A stretch of DNA of 61,572 nt, counting the filler, from Candidatus Nezhaarchaeota archaeon WYZ-LMO8 (GTDB lineage Archaea; Thermoproteota; Methanomethylicia; Nezhaarchaeales; WYZ-LMO8): the NCBI GenBank assembly GCA_004347965.1. It is 16 parts of 16 records of this genome, joined end to end, with 100 filler letters (N's around TTAATTAATTAA, not from the genome) between each part and the next. Parts side by side here need not be neighbours in the genome. Positions count along the whole stretch, not along the records: positions 17,784 to 21,593 come from QNVF01000065.1; positions 21,694 to 25,465 come from QNVF01000066.1; positions 25,566 to 29,290 come from QNVF01000067.1; positions 29,391 to 33,104 come from QNVF01000068.1; 12 more parts are not named here. One strand, written 5' to 3'. A program made the translations under genes and the position numbers. Shown here one piece after another: positions 21,155 to 31,027 of the stretch. A model generated the notes under the pieces. The model had not been told where the DNA came from, ran no database searches, and worked only from the letters and a program-made list of their open reading frames with translations. How positions within the stretch are numbered: the stretch's first letter is position 1; each line of letters opens with the position of its first letter.

Positions 21155-21254
21155 AAGCCTAAGAACTAACTGGACAAAGACTTATAACTTTTTACGAGCA
21201 TAAAAGAGACTCGTAACCCTAATACTAGGGCTTACCTCCTTGGGGCCCAACTTC

Positions 21255-21593
21255 ATGAACGCTAGGAATGTTAATGAAGGAGCTTTCAGCAACTCAAGGG
21301 ACTTCGCAATGAATGAGGGGTCTCGAGGAGGATCATGCGAGTACGTCGTTGATGCGTCTCCAAATCTAATTACGGTGGTCATCCCAACCCTAAATGAAGC
21401 TGAGGCTATAGGGAAAGTGATAGACGAGTTGAAATCAGAAGGTTTTACAAGCATACTTGTAGTTGATGGTTACTCTAACGATGGAACCCCTCAAATAGCG
21501 ATGGAGAGAGGGGCTAAGGTGATCTTCCAGCATGGAGGGGGGAAGGCTGGAGCATTGAGGACTGCGATAGAGCACGTTAGGACCCAATACATG
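21255..21593 (+). CDS. GT2 glycosyltransferase (3' truncated; start uncertain)
   Basis: TVVIPTLNEAEAI, VVDGYSNDGT and GKAGA motifs. Confidence 0.88.
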
Positions 21594-21694
21594 NNNNNNN
21601 NNNNNNNNNNNNNNNNNNNNNNNNNNNNNNNNNNNNNTTAATTAATTAANNNNNNNNNNNNNNNNNNNNNNNNNNNNNNNNNNNNNNNNNNNNA

Positions 21695-22738
21695 ACTAAG
21701 CACGATTATGGCATCATCGAAAGGTGCGTTGACGAGTACGAGAGAAGCATTAAGTCGAAGTTCTCATCTAGGCGCCACGTATTCTTCACCTTCTTTAGCG
21801 ACAAACCCCTACTGGATGTCGACTTCGCTGTGTATAGCATTACGACACATGTAGCCAGTTCCTACGAGGTCTTAGGAAGGCTTTGCAGGCTGATAAGTAA
21901 GGAGTATGGTTACTTGGCCGAGAGACTGGGAAGAGACAAGGTAGTTTTCCCGGTGTCTGGGGTTGAAGAACTACCTGAAAAAATGAGGTTCAACGTCGCT
22001 GGATTGGACTTGGAGCTTACCCTTCACGGCATCAAGCCTTTAAACTTCTCTAGCGCTTATGAAGCGAATTGCATTAAGAGACTTTTACATAGAGCGATAA
22101 AGATAAAGTTGAAATCCAAAGGGTTCATAGTGAAGGGGCTTCAGGCATATTGGAGCAACCCCGTAGTTGAAAGCGATAAAATCGAGGTTAGGAGGGGGTT
22201 CGAGTTCAACGTCATTGTATTTAGTGATGGGGTCGTGGCGCTGGCTCTATCTCCTAAGAGCGAAGTTTCATCAAAGTTGACCCTTTGGGAGGAGAGTGGT
22301 AAGAGCTACGAAAGTCTGCTGAAGATGTCTCGAGAGCTACATGGTAGAGCAGCCAAGAGACTCTACGATGGCGCCATCATAAGGATATTGAGAGTTGAGC
22401 CGATTAGAGTGCATGAAATTGTTAGCGGAGCCAGCGTTCTAAGCATCTATGGGACTAGGGGCATCTTAAGTGGACAGATTTCAGTTGAAGAGCCAGTAGT
22501 CGTGGGGGACCTAAAGGGAGAGGAAGTCAGAGAAGCTCCTTCTATGCTAAAACTCATCTACACCTTGAAGGACCTCAAGAGAATGAAAGTTACCAGTGAA
22601 GTTGTAAAGTTCTTGCATTCGCCACCCCAATTGTGGCTAAAATCAGCTAAGGACTTCCTCAAATCTATAGGCCACATAGAGCTAGGAAGAGAGACCATAG
22701 GCTTCATTGATGAGCCGCCAGAGGTGGAGCTTCTATGA
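21695..22738 (+). CDS. Putative Argonaute N-lobe (N-L1-PAZ-like-L2) partner protein, 5' truncated
   Basis: Frame is open to the contig start, 45 codons beyond the called GTG; IEVRRGFEFNV..FSDGVVALALSP resembles the Ago L1 region; ATGA overlap with the MID-PIWI gene. Confidence 0.65.
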   Translation, partial: TKHDYGIIERCVDEYERSIKSKFSSRRHVFFTFFSDKPLLDVDFAVYSITTHVASSYEVLGRLCRLISKEYGYLAERLGRDKVVFPVSGVEELPEKMRFNVAGLDLELTLHGIKPLNFSSAYEANCIKRLLHRAIKIKLKSKGFIVKGLQAYWSNPVVESDKIEVRRGFEFNVIVFSDGVVALALSPKSEVSSKLTLWEESGKSYESLLKMSRELHGRAAKRLYDGAIIRILRVEPIRVHEIVSGASVLSIYGTRGILSGQISVEEPVVVGDLKGEEVREAPSMLKLIYTLKDLKRMKVTSEVVKFLHSPPQLWLKSAKDFLKSIGHIELGRETIGFIDEPPEVELL

Positions 22739-23931
22739 GAAAGGGAGGGTACCTTAAAAGGCCCGTGCTTAAATTTAGGGATGGTACGGCCTTAACCCCG
22801 ATTGAGGGCTTTAAGCTGAATTTTAAGCCCTATAGAGGGGCTAAGTCAATATCTTGCTACGTAATATGTAAGGGTAACGTACTACATGCCGCCAAAGAAA
22901 TGATCAACAACTTGATCTATGGAGTCAAAGGTTATGAGGGGTTAGAAGCATGGTTCGATTGTAGCCTGAACGTCCACTCAATAGTCAAGGTCGATGCCAA
23001 TGATGAGTACGTAAAGGTAGCTAATGAAGTTTCTGAAGACCATGACATCGTAGTAGCCTTCATTCCCGACGAGATGGCGGTAGAATACGAGGAAGACCCT
23101 TACATGCCCTTAAAGAGGATCTTAGCGGCTAAGGGGTTGCCCAGTCAAATGATTGAGGAGTCGACGTGTAGGCATTTAAGAGATAACAGTTACGTACTAT
23201 TTAACGTTGCTTTGAGCCTATACTCCAAGACTGGTGGCATTCCTTGGACATTGTCAGAGCCTTTGTACTTCGACTGCGTAATAGGCCTCGATTCTATGAA
23301 CAAGGGGGTTGCTGCTACAGTGGCATATGCCACGCCCTTATCATTCAACTGGTTTATTGAGAGTGGAGGGCGTGAGGCGTTGACTGAGGCAGTGATCTCG
23401 TGCTTGAAGGAGGCTAAAACGTATAAGCCGATTAGGAGGATCGCCTTTCATAAGGATGGACCGTTGCACGAGTCGGAAGTGGAGGCTTTAAAGGCTGCAC
23501 TTAATAGGGCCGAAGAAATAGGGTTAGTACATGACCCCCTATGGTGTGCGTTTGAGGTGAAATCTCGATTCACACCTAGAATATTGGGAACTTCGGCTCT
23601 GAGGTTCTACAATCCCGAAAAGGGGGTTTACGTACAATTAGATAAGTTTAAGGCGATCGTAGCAACGACAGGCTTTCCTGAGAGACCTTTAAGTCCAGCT
23701 CAAAGTCCTGTAAGACCTATAATGGTCGAAGCCGTTGACGGTTCGTGGTGGGATTTTGACTTTGAGAGGGCTTTGACGGATGTTTATTGGCTCTCAGAGC
23801 TACATTGGGCTTCGGGATTCACGTCTACGAGACTTCCAATAACCACCCTCTATGCTAAGAGGATATGCAGTTTTTGGAGAGCTGGAGTTGAGCCTTCGAA
23901 GCAGCTGTATGGTAAGCTGTGGTTCTTATGA
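22735..23931 (+). CDS. ago: Prokaryotic Argonaute, MID-PIWI only (short/split pAgo)
   Basis: Y123xxxK127, PSQ138, K165TGGIPW (MID pocket); IGLD186, FHKD241G, LSELHWAS, RLPITTLYAK375 (PIWI); C-terminal LWFL. Confidence 0.93.
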   Translation: MRKGGYLKRPVLKFRDGTALTPIEGFKLNFKPYRGAKSISCYVICKGNVLHAAKEMINNLIYGVKGYEGLEAWFDCSLNVHSIVKVDANDEYVKVANEVSEDHDIVVAFIPDEMAVEYEEDPYMPLKRILAAKGLPSQMIEESTCRHLRDNSYVLFNVALSLYSKTGGIPWTLSEPLYFDCVIGLDSMNKGVAATVAYATPLSFNWFIESGGREALTEAVISCLKEAKTYKPIRRIAFHKDGPLHESEVEALKAALNRAEEIGLVHDPLWCAFEVKSRFTPRILGTSALRFYNPEKGVYVQLDKFKAIVATTGFPERPLSPAQSPVRPIMVEAVDGSWWDFDFERALTDVYWLSELHWASGFTSTRLPITTLYAKRICSFWRAGVEPSKQLYGKLWFL

Positions 23932-25465
23932 AGTGGGTCTATGTCACATGCCTTGGCGAGACACCAGAGGCCGTGTATGGTCCACTTTGGGCACTCGTTG
24001 AGAGGGGTATAAAGCCGTCGAAGATCCATGTACTTTACACTGAAGGGGTCAAGTGGCTTTTGGACAAGGTCAAGAAGCAGATGGCTATAGTCGCCGAGAC
24101 GAGCGACGACGTCGTTGAAGCAACTGAAGTGGATGAGACCGACATCGAAGATAATGCTAGGACTGTGAGGGAAATTGTGGAGAGGTACAAGGCTGAAGGG
24201 TTTAAGGTATCGGTTGATGTGACCCCAGGTAGAAAGCCAATGTCAATAGCAACGTTTCAAGGAGCTATAGACGGTCAAGCGGACCTGGTAACGTACCTCC
24301 ACTTGATGATGAAGGATTTTGAGAGAAAGCCCTATCCACTGATACCAAGAAGCGTAGCGAAGCTTGTCTTGCTCAAGGGAGTGGGATCGTGGGTTTCTCC
24401 AAAGCCACCATTAGTAGAAAATCATGAGTACGTGGAGATAGACCAGATGGAGATATACCCATTCATAAACCTACTTTGTGAGGTCATCGATCGAAACACC
24501 ATAGCTATCGAGATCCCCTACTTAGATCTAAAGCTTTTAACACTAAGGCTCGAGCATCCGAATCCTAAGGTAGAGTACGTAGTTGACGAGAAGACCTTCA
24601 ACGAGAACTTGAAGAACAAGGGTCTCTTGAGCGCCGAGGCCTTCCTACCATTTGGTAATGAGAGGAAGCACATATTCCTGTTATTCAGGGATGCCCTCAT
24701 AGCTTCTGGGGTCGTGGACATTGGGCATAGAGCCTTGATCGATGAAATCAAGAGAGAGGTAGAAGAAGGTGCATTAAGAAGGGGATTTGCGGCTGTGGCC
24801 GTAGACACGAATGCTTTATACATGAGGGTCGTAACTAATTACGTGCTAAGCTTCGTGGAGGCTAGTAGGCTTAAAGTGTTGGTCTCGAACATCGTTGTAA
24901 GGGAAGCTTTAGCTCCCCACACTTTAAAAGAGATGGTTAAGGAGAAGGAGTGGGTCGAAGAGAGCGATAAGATCAAGTCTTTAGCGTTAAAGGTCGGGAC
25001 TGAAGCCCTGCAATTACCAGTTAAAGCGGAGCCTCTAAGGTCAAGGTTATCAAGATTAGCCGCTATTGAGTTAAAAGAGCTCCAAGAAAGGACCAACGTA
25101 ATGATCGTTAGCTCTGTAAGCGGTAGAGGAGACCTAGCTTTAATTGAAAGTTATAAGCAAAGCCCCGATAACCCCATATTCATAACCGGTGACGTGTCTG
25201 CTGCTAATGTAGCCGAAACTGTGAAGTTGAGGACTTACTTAATATCCTATGACGTAAGTGTAAGCAGAGAGGCTCTTAAAATCACTTACACAAACTTTCC
25301 AAGACTCATATTCAACTTAGCAACACTCTTAACGATGATCTCAATAAGGGTACCGAAGACGCGAATAGAGGTCCACGTATTAGGAGCGTGGAGGGATATG
25401 ATAACCTCATGGAGTAAACCAACGATCTTAGTTAGGGCGCCAAATCCAATACACGAAAAGGCGAG
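23928..25465 (+). CDS. CARF-PIN fusion protein (3' truncated)
   Basis: N-terminal CARF (VTCLGETPEAV; VDVTPGRKPMS); C-terminal PIN (VAVDTNAL, VVRE, GDLALI, FITGD); ATGA overlap with ago. Confidence 0.8.
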
Positions 25466-25635
25466 NNNNNNNNNNNNNNNNNNNNNNNNNNNNNNNNNNN
25501 NNNNNNNNNTTAATTAATTAANNNNNNNNNNNNNNNNNNNNNNNNNNNNNNNNNNNNNNNNNNNNATAGAAAGACAAAAAAGGAAATTTGGCGAAAACTA
25601 ATTTTGTTCCAATTTAATAGCTTGGAGGCTAAAAG

Positions 25636-27411
25636 ATGAGTAAGATGCCCGACTTTGTAAGTAAGAGGATTTGGCTTGAGAAAGCTTGGGTGAAGGGCGT
25701 TCCAGCAGACGTTGAGATCCCTGAAAGACCACTACACGACGTGATAGACGAGGCTTGCCAAAAGTACCAGGATAGAACCGCTATAGTCTTTTACGGTGCA
25801 AAAATATCGTATAAGCAGTTAGGGTACCTCATTAGATGCTTTGCAACATCCCTTGCAAATATTGGAGTAAAGAAAGGCGATGTAGTTGCAATATATGCCC
25901 CCAACTGTCCTCAATTTGCAATAGCGTACTATGGAGCGATGATGGCTGGTGCGACGGTTACTGCACTATCTCCTCTCTTCGTACCTAGAGAGGTTGAATT
26001 TCAATTAAATGATAGTGATAGTAAGTACTTAGTAACTGTTGACGTTCTCTACAAAAACTTTGCAGCTGTGAGAAAGAATACTAAAATCGAGAAGGTTATA
26101 GTAGCGAGTCTCCTTGGCGAGAAGATTGAAGGGGACTTCATAGACTTCAATGCAATGCTCAAAGTTCAGCCCAACCCACCAAAAATTGAGTGGGACGTTA
26201 AGGAGGATATAGCAGTTCTACAGTATACTGGTGGAACAACAGGGCTACCCAAAGGTTGCATGCTTACACACTACAATGTGGTTTCTCAATTGTACCAGAT
26301 GATGCCCTACAACGACGTCCTCATGGAATGGATAAGATCTCATAGAGTTGTAAGGGAAGAGGGAGAGTACGTAATCCTAGATTTTGATGGCAAAGAAGTT
26401 AAAATCTTCAAAGACTACTACGAGAAGAGCTATGGTGCGAGGATAGCTTTACTTCCATGGTACCACATCTACGGGCAGACTGTCGACTTAAGCTTCGGGT
26501 TAACAGTCGGCGATGTACTCGTAGTCTTTAGCCGATTCGAACCAGATAAAATACTTGAAGCAATAGAGAAGTACAGGGTTACAACCTTTATGGGTGCTCC
26601 AGCAATCTTCGTTTACTTTGCGAATAACCCTGAACTCGTTAAGAAGTACGATCTCTCCTCCCTCGTATACGTTAACAATGGTGCAGGCCCAATAGCACCA
26701 GAAATCGTTGAGAAATGGGATGAACTGACGAGTAGTTCTGCTAGAGGGCTTCTCGTAGAAGGATATGGATTGAGTGAAGCTTCACCAGTTACTCATACAA
26801 CTTTTGGGCCACCATTCAGAAAGAGGAAGGTGGGATCAATAGGTCCACCTCTTCCGAACACTTACGCTGCAATAATCAATCCAGAAACTCTAGAATTCAT
26901 ACCAATAGGTGCGGAAGGCGAGCTCATAGTAAGTGGACCACAAGTGATGAAGGGATACTGGAAGAGACCGGAAGAAACGGAGAAAGTCTTCTTATACATT
27001 AATGGCGTAAAGTGGCTTCGAACAGGCGATGTAGCTAAGATGGATGAGGAAGGATACTTCTACATAATTGATAGGTTGAAGGATATGATCAAGTACAAGG
27101 GGCATAGCGTGTACCCAAGAGAGATAGAGGACGTCATGTATGAGCACCCAGCAATACAAGAGGTTTGCGTTGTTGGGATACCTGATCCAGAAGCTGGAGA
27201 AACGATAAAAGCCTTCGTTGTTCTAAGGCCCGAATATAGAGGAAAAGTTACTGAGCAAGACATTATAGCGTGGTGTAAGGAGAGGTTAGCTGCCTACAAG
27301 TATCCCAGGATAATCGAGTTTCGAAGTGAGCTTCCAAAAAGCGCTGCAGGTAAGTTCTTAAGGCGATTACTAAGAGAGGAGGAACTTAAGAAACTAGGTC
27401 TTAAGAAATAA
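25636..27411 (+). CDS. fadD: Long-chain fatty acid-CoA ligase
   Basis: YTGGTTGLPKG, EGYGLSE, WLRTGD and LPKSAAGK motifs. Confidence 0.92.
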   Translation: MSKMPDFVSKRIWLEKAWVKGVPADVEIPERPLHDVIDEACQKYQDRTAIVFYGAKISYKQLGYLIRCFATSLANIGVKKGDVVAIYAPNCPQFAIAYYGAMMAGATVTALSPLFVPREVEFQLNDSDSKYLVTVDVLYKNFAAVRKNTKIEKVIVASLLGEKIEGDFIDFNAMLKVQPNPPKIEWDVKEDIAVLQYTGGTTGLPKGCMLTHYNVVSQLYQMMPYNDVLMEWIRSHRVVREEGEYVILDFDGKEVKIFKDYYEKSYGARIALLPWYHIYGQTVDLSFGLTVGDVLVVFSRFEPDKILEAIEKYRVTTFMGAPAIFVYFANNPELVKKYDLSSLVYVNNGAGPIAPEIVEKWDELTSSSARGLLVEGYGLSEASPVTHTTFGPPFRKRKVGSIGPPLPNTYAAIINPETLEFIPIGAEGELIVSGPQVMKGYWKRPEETEKVFLYINGVKWLRTGDVAKMDEEGYFYIIDRLKDMIKYKGHSVYPREIEDVMYEHPAIQEVCVVGIPDPEAGETIKAFVVLRPEYRGKVTEQDIIAWCKERLAAYKYPRIIEFRSELPKSAAGKFLRRLLREEELKKLGLKK

Positions 27412-27672
27412 GGAAAGTTCTTTCTTTTCTCCTTCCACTTCTTTGAGCATACGATCTCTCTACCGCCAATTGCAAGGAAAGGATGTAAAGATGTCGGCAA
27501 TAATCCAGGACCTCCATTCAATTAGGTGTTAGACCTATTGTCATGTAATTACACATTGTGTAGTCCACATAGAAGTCCAGCTCTTCAACTAAAAATCTTG
27601 CCCCACTCCTTCAGCTTATTTACTCGTGTCGTTTCAGCAGTAAAGGACCAGTTGTATGTATCGAGATCCAGC

Positions 27673-28458
27673 TTATCTTCCCACGAAGGTTGGTCTCCTC
27701 TTTTCTAGAAACGCCCTCATGCCCTCCTCTCTATCACGTGTTTCAAAGCACTTTGAGTAAAGCAAGACCTCCTCTTCATCTATGCTCTTAACTATGCTTG
27801 AGTTTATCAGCTTCTTACAGAAGCCTATGGCTAAGGGAGCTCTTGTAAGTATTCTTTGAGCAATGTCCTTGGCCTCTTCAAGAAGCTTTTCGGGTTCAAC
27901 GACCTTGCAGACTATTCCCAATTGGTATGCTCTCTCTGCATCTAGTGTTTCACCAGTAAAGAAGAGGTACTTAGCCACTATAGGTCCTACAATCCTAGCT
28001 AATCTTTGTGTCCCTCCGAATGGAGTTATTATTCCAATAGCTGGAGGAGGTTGACCGAATATCGCTCTTCTCGATGCTATGCAAATGTCACATGCTATTG
28101 CTAGATCGAAGCCAGCTCCAAGTGCTACTCCATCGACTGCAGATATTATGGGCTTAGGGATACCCTCAATCTCTTCGAGAACCTTGTGAGCCGTTTCAGC
28201 AAACCTCTTCGCATCACTACTAGTCATCTTAATCATCTCCTTTACGTCGCCTCCAGCACAAAAGACGCCATCAACAGCACTTGTTATTATCATGACCTTC
28301 CTCTCAGGATCACTTTCAAATCGCTTTAATGCTGAGTAGATCTCAAGTAATGTTCTTTCTCTTAACGCATTCCGCACGTGAGGTCTATTCAACTTTACTA
28401 TCTGGATGTGCCCATCAACATCGATAATTATGTCTTCCAAGGATGCCAAGAGCAACAC
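27673..28458 (-). CDS. Enoyl-CoA hydratase/isomerase
   Basis: LNRP..RNAL, FCAGGD, ALGAG, GGTQRL and EGMRAFLEKR motifs. Confidence 0.9.
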   Translation of the reverse strand: MLLLASLEDIIIDVDGHIQIVKLNRPHVRNALRERTLLEIYSALKRFESDPERKVMIITSAVDGVFCAGGDVKEMIKMTSSDAKRFAETAHKVLEEIEGIPKPIISAVDGVALGAGFDLAIACDICIASRRAIFGQPPPAIGIITPFGGTQRLARIVGPIVAKYLFFTGETLDAERAYQLGIVCKVVEPEKLLEEAKDIAQRILTRAPLAIGFCKKLINSSIVKSIDEEEVLLYSKCFETRDREEGMRAFLEKRRPTFVGR

Positions 28459-28639
28459 CAGAAACGAGTTTAAGTCGTTAAGTCATTATTAATTTTCCTA
28501 TTAAGCGAAATGCTTGTAAAATTTTAGGTGAAAATTAATGATTCATGGAGCCTTTGTCGTAAAGCTATGGACTCCTCGCTATTAATAATCAATGGATTGG
28601 TAGATAAATTAAGCTCGATAGAGGGTGAGGAGAGTAAAG

Positions 28640-29290
28640 TTAGATTATTGAGGCGAGGTAGGCTGCTTGATAAACTGCATCCTTGAGCTTCCCCGGCTTA
28701 ACGCAATCGCCTATGTAGTAGCATGGCACGCTTAAGTTTAGCTTTAGCTCACGAGGGCGCATTCCGATTGCGAGCACTAGATCGTCAAACACCACTTCGA
28801 TCCTCTCTCCATCTCTATAACCTATTACTTTATTCTCCTCTACCCTCTCAACCCTAAAGTTGCATATCCACTTCACATTCCTATTCCTCAGCTCCCTTAT
28901 GAGGGCGTATCGATAGTTCCTCTCCATGTCCAAGGCTATGTCCGATAGCATCTCGAGTATCGTGACCTCTCTCCCCTTTTCAGCCAAGTAGAGGGCAGAC
29001 TCGCAGCCTATCCTCCCTCCTCCCAAGACGACGACCCTATTCCCAACATTGGCTTTTCCGAGAAGAACGTCTACCGCCTTTACTGCCCTCTCTATTCCCG
29101 GTATTGACGGTACATCGTGTTCTGATCCTACAGCAATTACCACAACATCTGGGTTTAGTTCTTTAATTCTTTCAGGAAGAGCTTCGGTGTTCAAGAGGAC
29201 CTCAACGTCTCTTAGCTGCCTCTTCAACCACTCAAGGTAGTCACGTAAATCTGATTTAAAGCGCGGTGCTGAAGCAGCTATCAAGTTCCC
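28640..29290 (-). CDS. FAD-dependent oxidoreductase C-terminus (2,4-dienoyl-CoA reductase/NADH:flavin oxidoreductase-like), 5' truncated
   Basis: VVVLGGGRIGCE and YIGDC motifs; neighbours are beta-oxidation genes. Confidence 0.75.
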   Translation of the reverse strand, partial: GNLIAASAPRFKSDLRDYLEWLKRQLRDVEVLLNTEALPERIKELNPDVVVIAVGSEHDVPSIPGIERAVKAVDVLLGKANVGNRVVVLGGGRIGCESALYLAEKGREVTILEMLSDIALDMERNYRYALIRELRNRNVKWICNFRVERVEENKVIGYRDGERIEVVFDDLVLAIGMRPRELKLNLSVPCYYIGDCVKPGKLKDAVYQAAYLASII

Positions 29291-29390
29291 NNNNNNNNNN
29301 NNNNNNNNNNNNNNNNNNNNNNNNNNNNNNNNNNTTAATTAATTAANNNNNNNNNNNNNNNNNNNNNNNNNNNNNNNNNNNNNNNNNNNN

Positions 29391-29847
29391 CTGCTCCACA
29401 ACCCGCTTCATGTTCTATAGATTCGAATAAGCTTGATCGTGGAGTGTCTGCTGCTATCACTAAAGCCTTTTCGCTCGTGCTCTTCACGTAAGTTGAGGCT
29501 GCTATTAGAGCAGAGGTCCCGCTCCTTATTGAATAGCCAAGATTCAACGTGTATGCTTTCGAGATGCCTAAGAAGGTCGTCAAAGTTGAGGCGAGCTCTT
29601 TCTCAACATAGTGAGAAGTTGTCGTGGCGAGAAATACGGCTTTAACGTCTTCTAAGTTCACAATACCTCTCTTCACAATTCCCATGCAGGCCTCAGCAGC
29701 CATAGTGATGACATCCTCATCTGGGTAACAAACAGCTTTTTCACTCACTCCCGTGCCCAGAAACTCTCCCCACGCTTTTCTAATGTCTTCAACCTTTACA
29801 CGGTATTTCGGGACATAGATGCTATAGTCCAAAATCCCTGCAATCAT
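29391..29847 (-). CDS. HMG-CoA-synthase-like protein (3' truncated)
   Basis: GILDYSIYVPKYR and DEDVITMA motifs; the position of the catalytic Cys reads GYSIRSGT. Confidence 0.75.
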
Positions 29848-29851
29848 GCTA

Positions 29852-31027
29852 TTACCTCCTCGATCCAAATATGTGTACTACACAGGTCCCACCAGAACCT
29901 CCCACATTGTGGGTTAGCCCTATTTCAGCTCCTGGTACTTGTCTGCTACGTTCTTTGGCTTCGTTTCTTAATTGCTTAAATATTTCATAGACTTGAGCTG
30001 TTCCCGTAGCACCTATTGGATGACCCTTTGCTTTCAGCCCTCCACTAACGTTTACTGGAATTTTTCCGCCAATGTAGGTTTGACCTTCCTCTATTAGCTT
30101 TCCTCCTTCTCCTTTCCTACAGAATCCGAGGTCCTCGTAAGCTAAAATTTCAGCTATTGTAAAGCAATCATGGACCTCAGCTAAATCCACATCTACCGGT
30201 TCAATTCCAGCCATTCGGTAGGCGCTCCTGCTAGCCTCTACAGTAGCTCTCAAGGTTGTTATGTCCTCACGCTCGTACACTGCTATGTAGTCTGTTGCAG
30301 CTCCAAGACCTAGAACATAGACCGGCGAGTCTGTGTACCTCCTTGCTATATTGCTTCTACATACGATTACAGCCGTAGCTCCATCGCTTGTTGGACAACA
30401 ATCGTATAGCCTAAGAGGTCCAGCAACCATGGGCGACTTTAAGGCCGTCTCCACATCTATTCTTCTCCTAAACTGCGCTTTGGGATTATCAGCTCCATAG
30501 TAATGATTCTTCACAGCTACCATAGCTAAGTGCTCAGGTTTCGTTCCATACTGCTCCATGTGTCTAGTAGCTATTAGAGCGTACATGCCTGGAAAGGTTG
30601 TACCGGCAAGTCTCTCCCAAAGAGTATCACCTGATACTCCAAGCCAGTACCTGCCTCTTAGCCCTGCAACATCCCTCATCTTTTCGACCCCACCCACTAG
30701 AACCACATCGTAAAGTCCAGAAGCTACGCTCATGATGCCGAGCATGAAGGCAAAGCCTGATGATGCGCAGGCATTTTCAACACGTACTGCTGGTATGGGA
30801 ACTATGTTGAGGTCACCAGTTATAGCGCATGAGAGGTTACCAAGTTGAGAGCCTCCTGACCCTAGAGTGCCTATGAAAACTGCTTTAATTGCCTTGGGAT
30901 CAATACCTTTATCTACGCTCTCTATTGCCTCCCAAAATGCTTCTGCAAAGAGTTGCGGATACGTCTTCTCAGGGTATTCTCCAAAAGCTGTGTGTCCAGC
31001 TCCTATGACTGCCACTTCCCCCTTCAT
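29852..31027 (-). CDS. Archaeal thiolase (acetyl-CoA acetyltransferase)
   Basis: ENACASS, AEVHDCF, SGGLKAKGHPIGATG and HNVGG motifs. Confidence 0.93.
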   Translation of the reverse strand: MKGEVAVIGAGHTAFGEYPEKTYPQLFAEAFWEAIESVDKGIDPKAIKAVFIGTLGSGGSQLGNLSCAITGDLNIVPIPAVRVENACASSGFAFMLGIMSVASGLYDVVLVGGVEKMRDVAGLRGRYWLGVSGDTLWERLAGTTFPGMYALIATRHMEQYGTKPEHLAMVAVKNHYYGADNPKAQFRRRIDVETALKSPMVAGPLRLYDCCPTSDGATAVIVCRSNIARRYTDSPVYVLGLGAATDYIAVYEREDITTLRATVEASRSAYRMAGIEPVDVDLAEVHDCFTIAEILAYEDLGFCRKGEGGKLIEEGQTYIGGKIPVNVSGGLKAKGHPIGATGTAQVYEIFKQLRNEAKERSRQVPGAEIGLTHNVGGSGGTCVVHIFGSRR

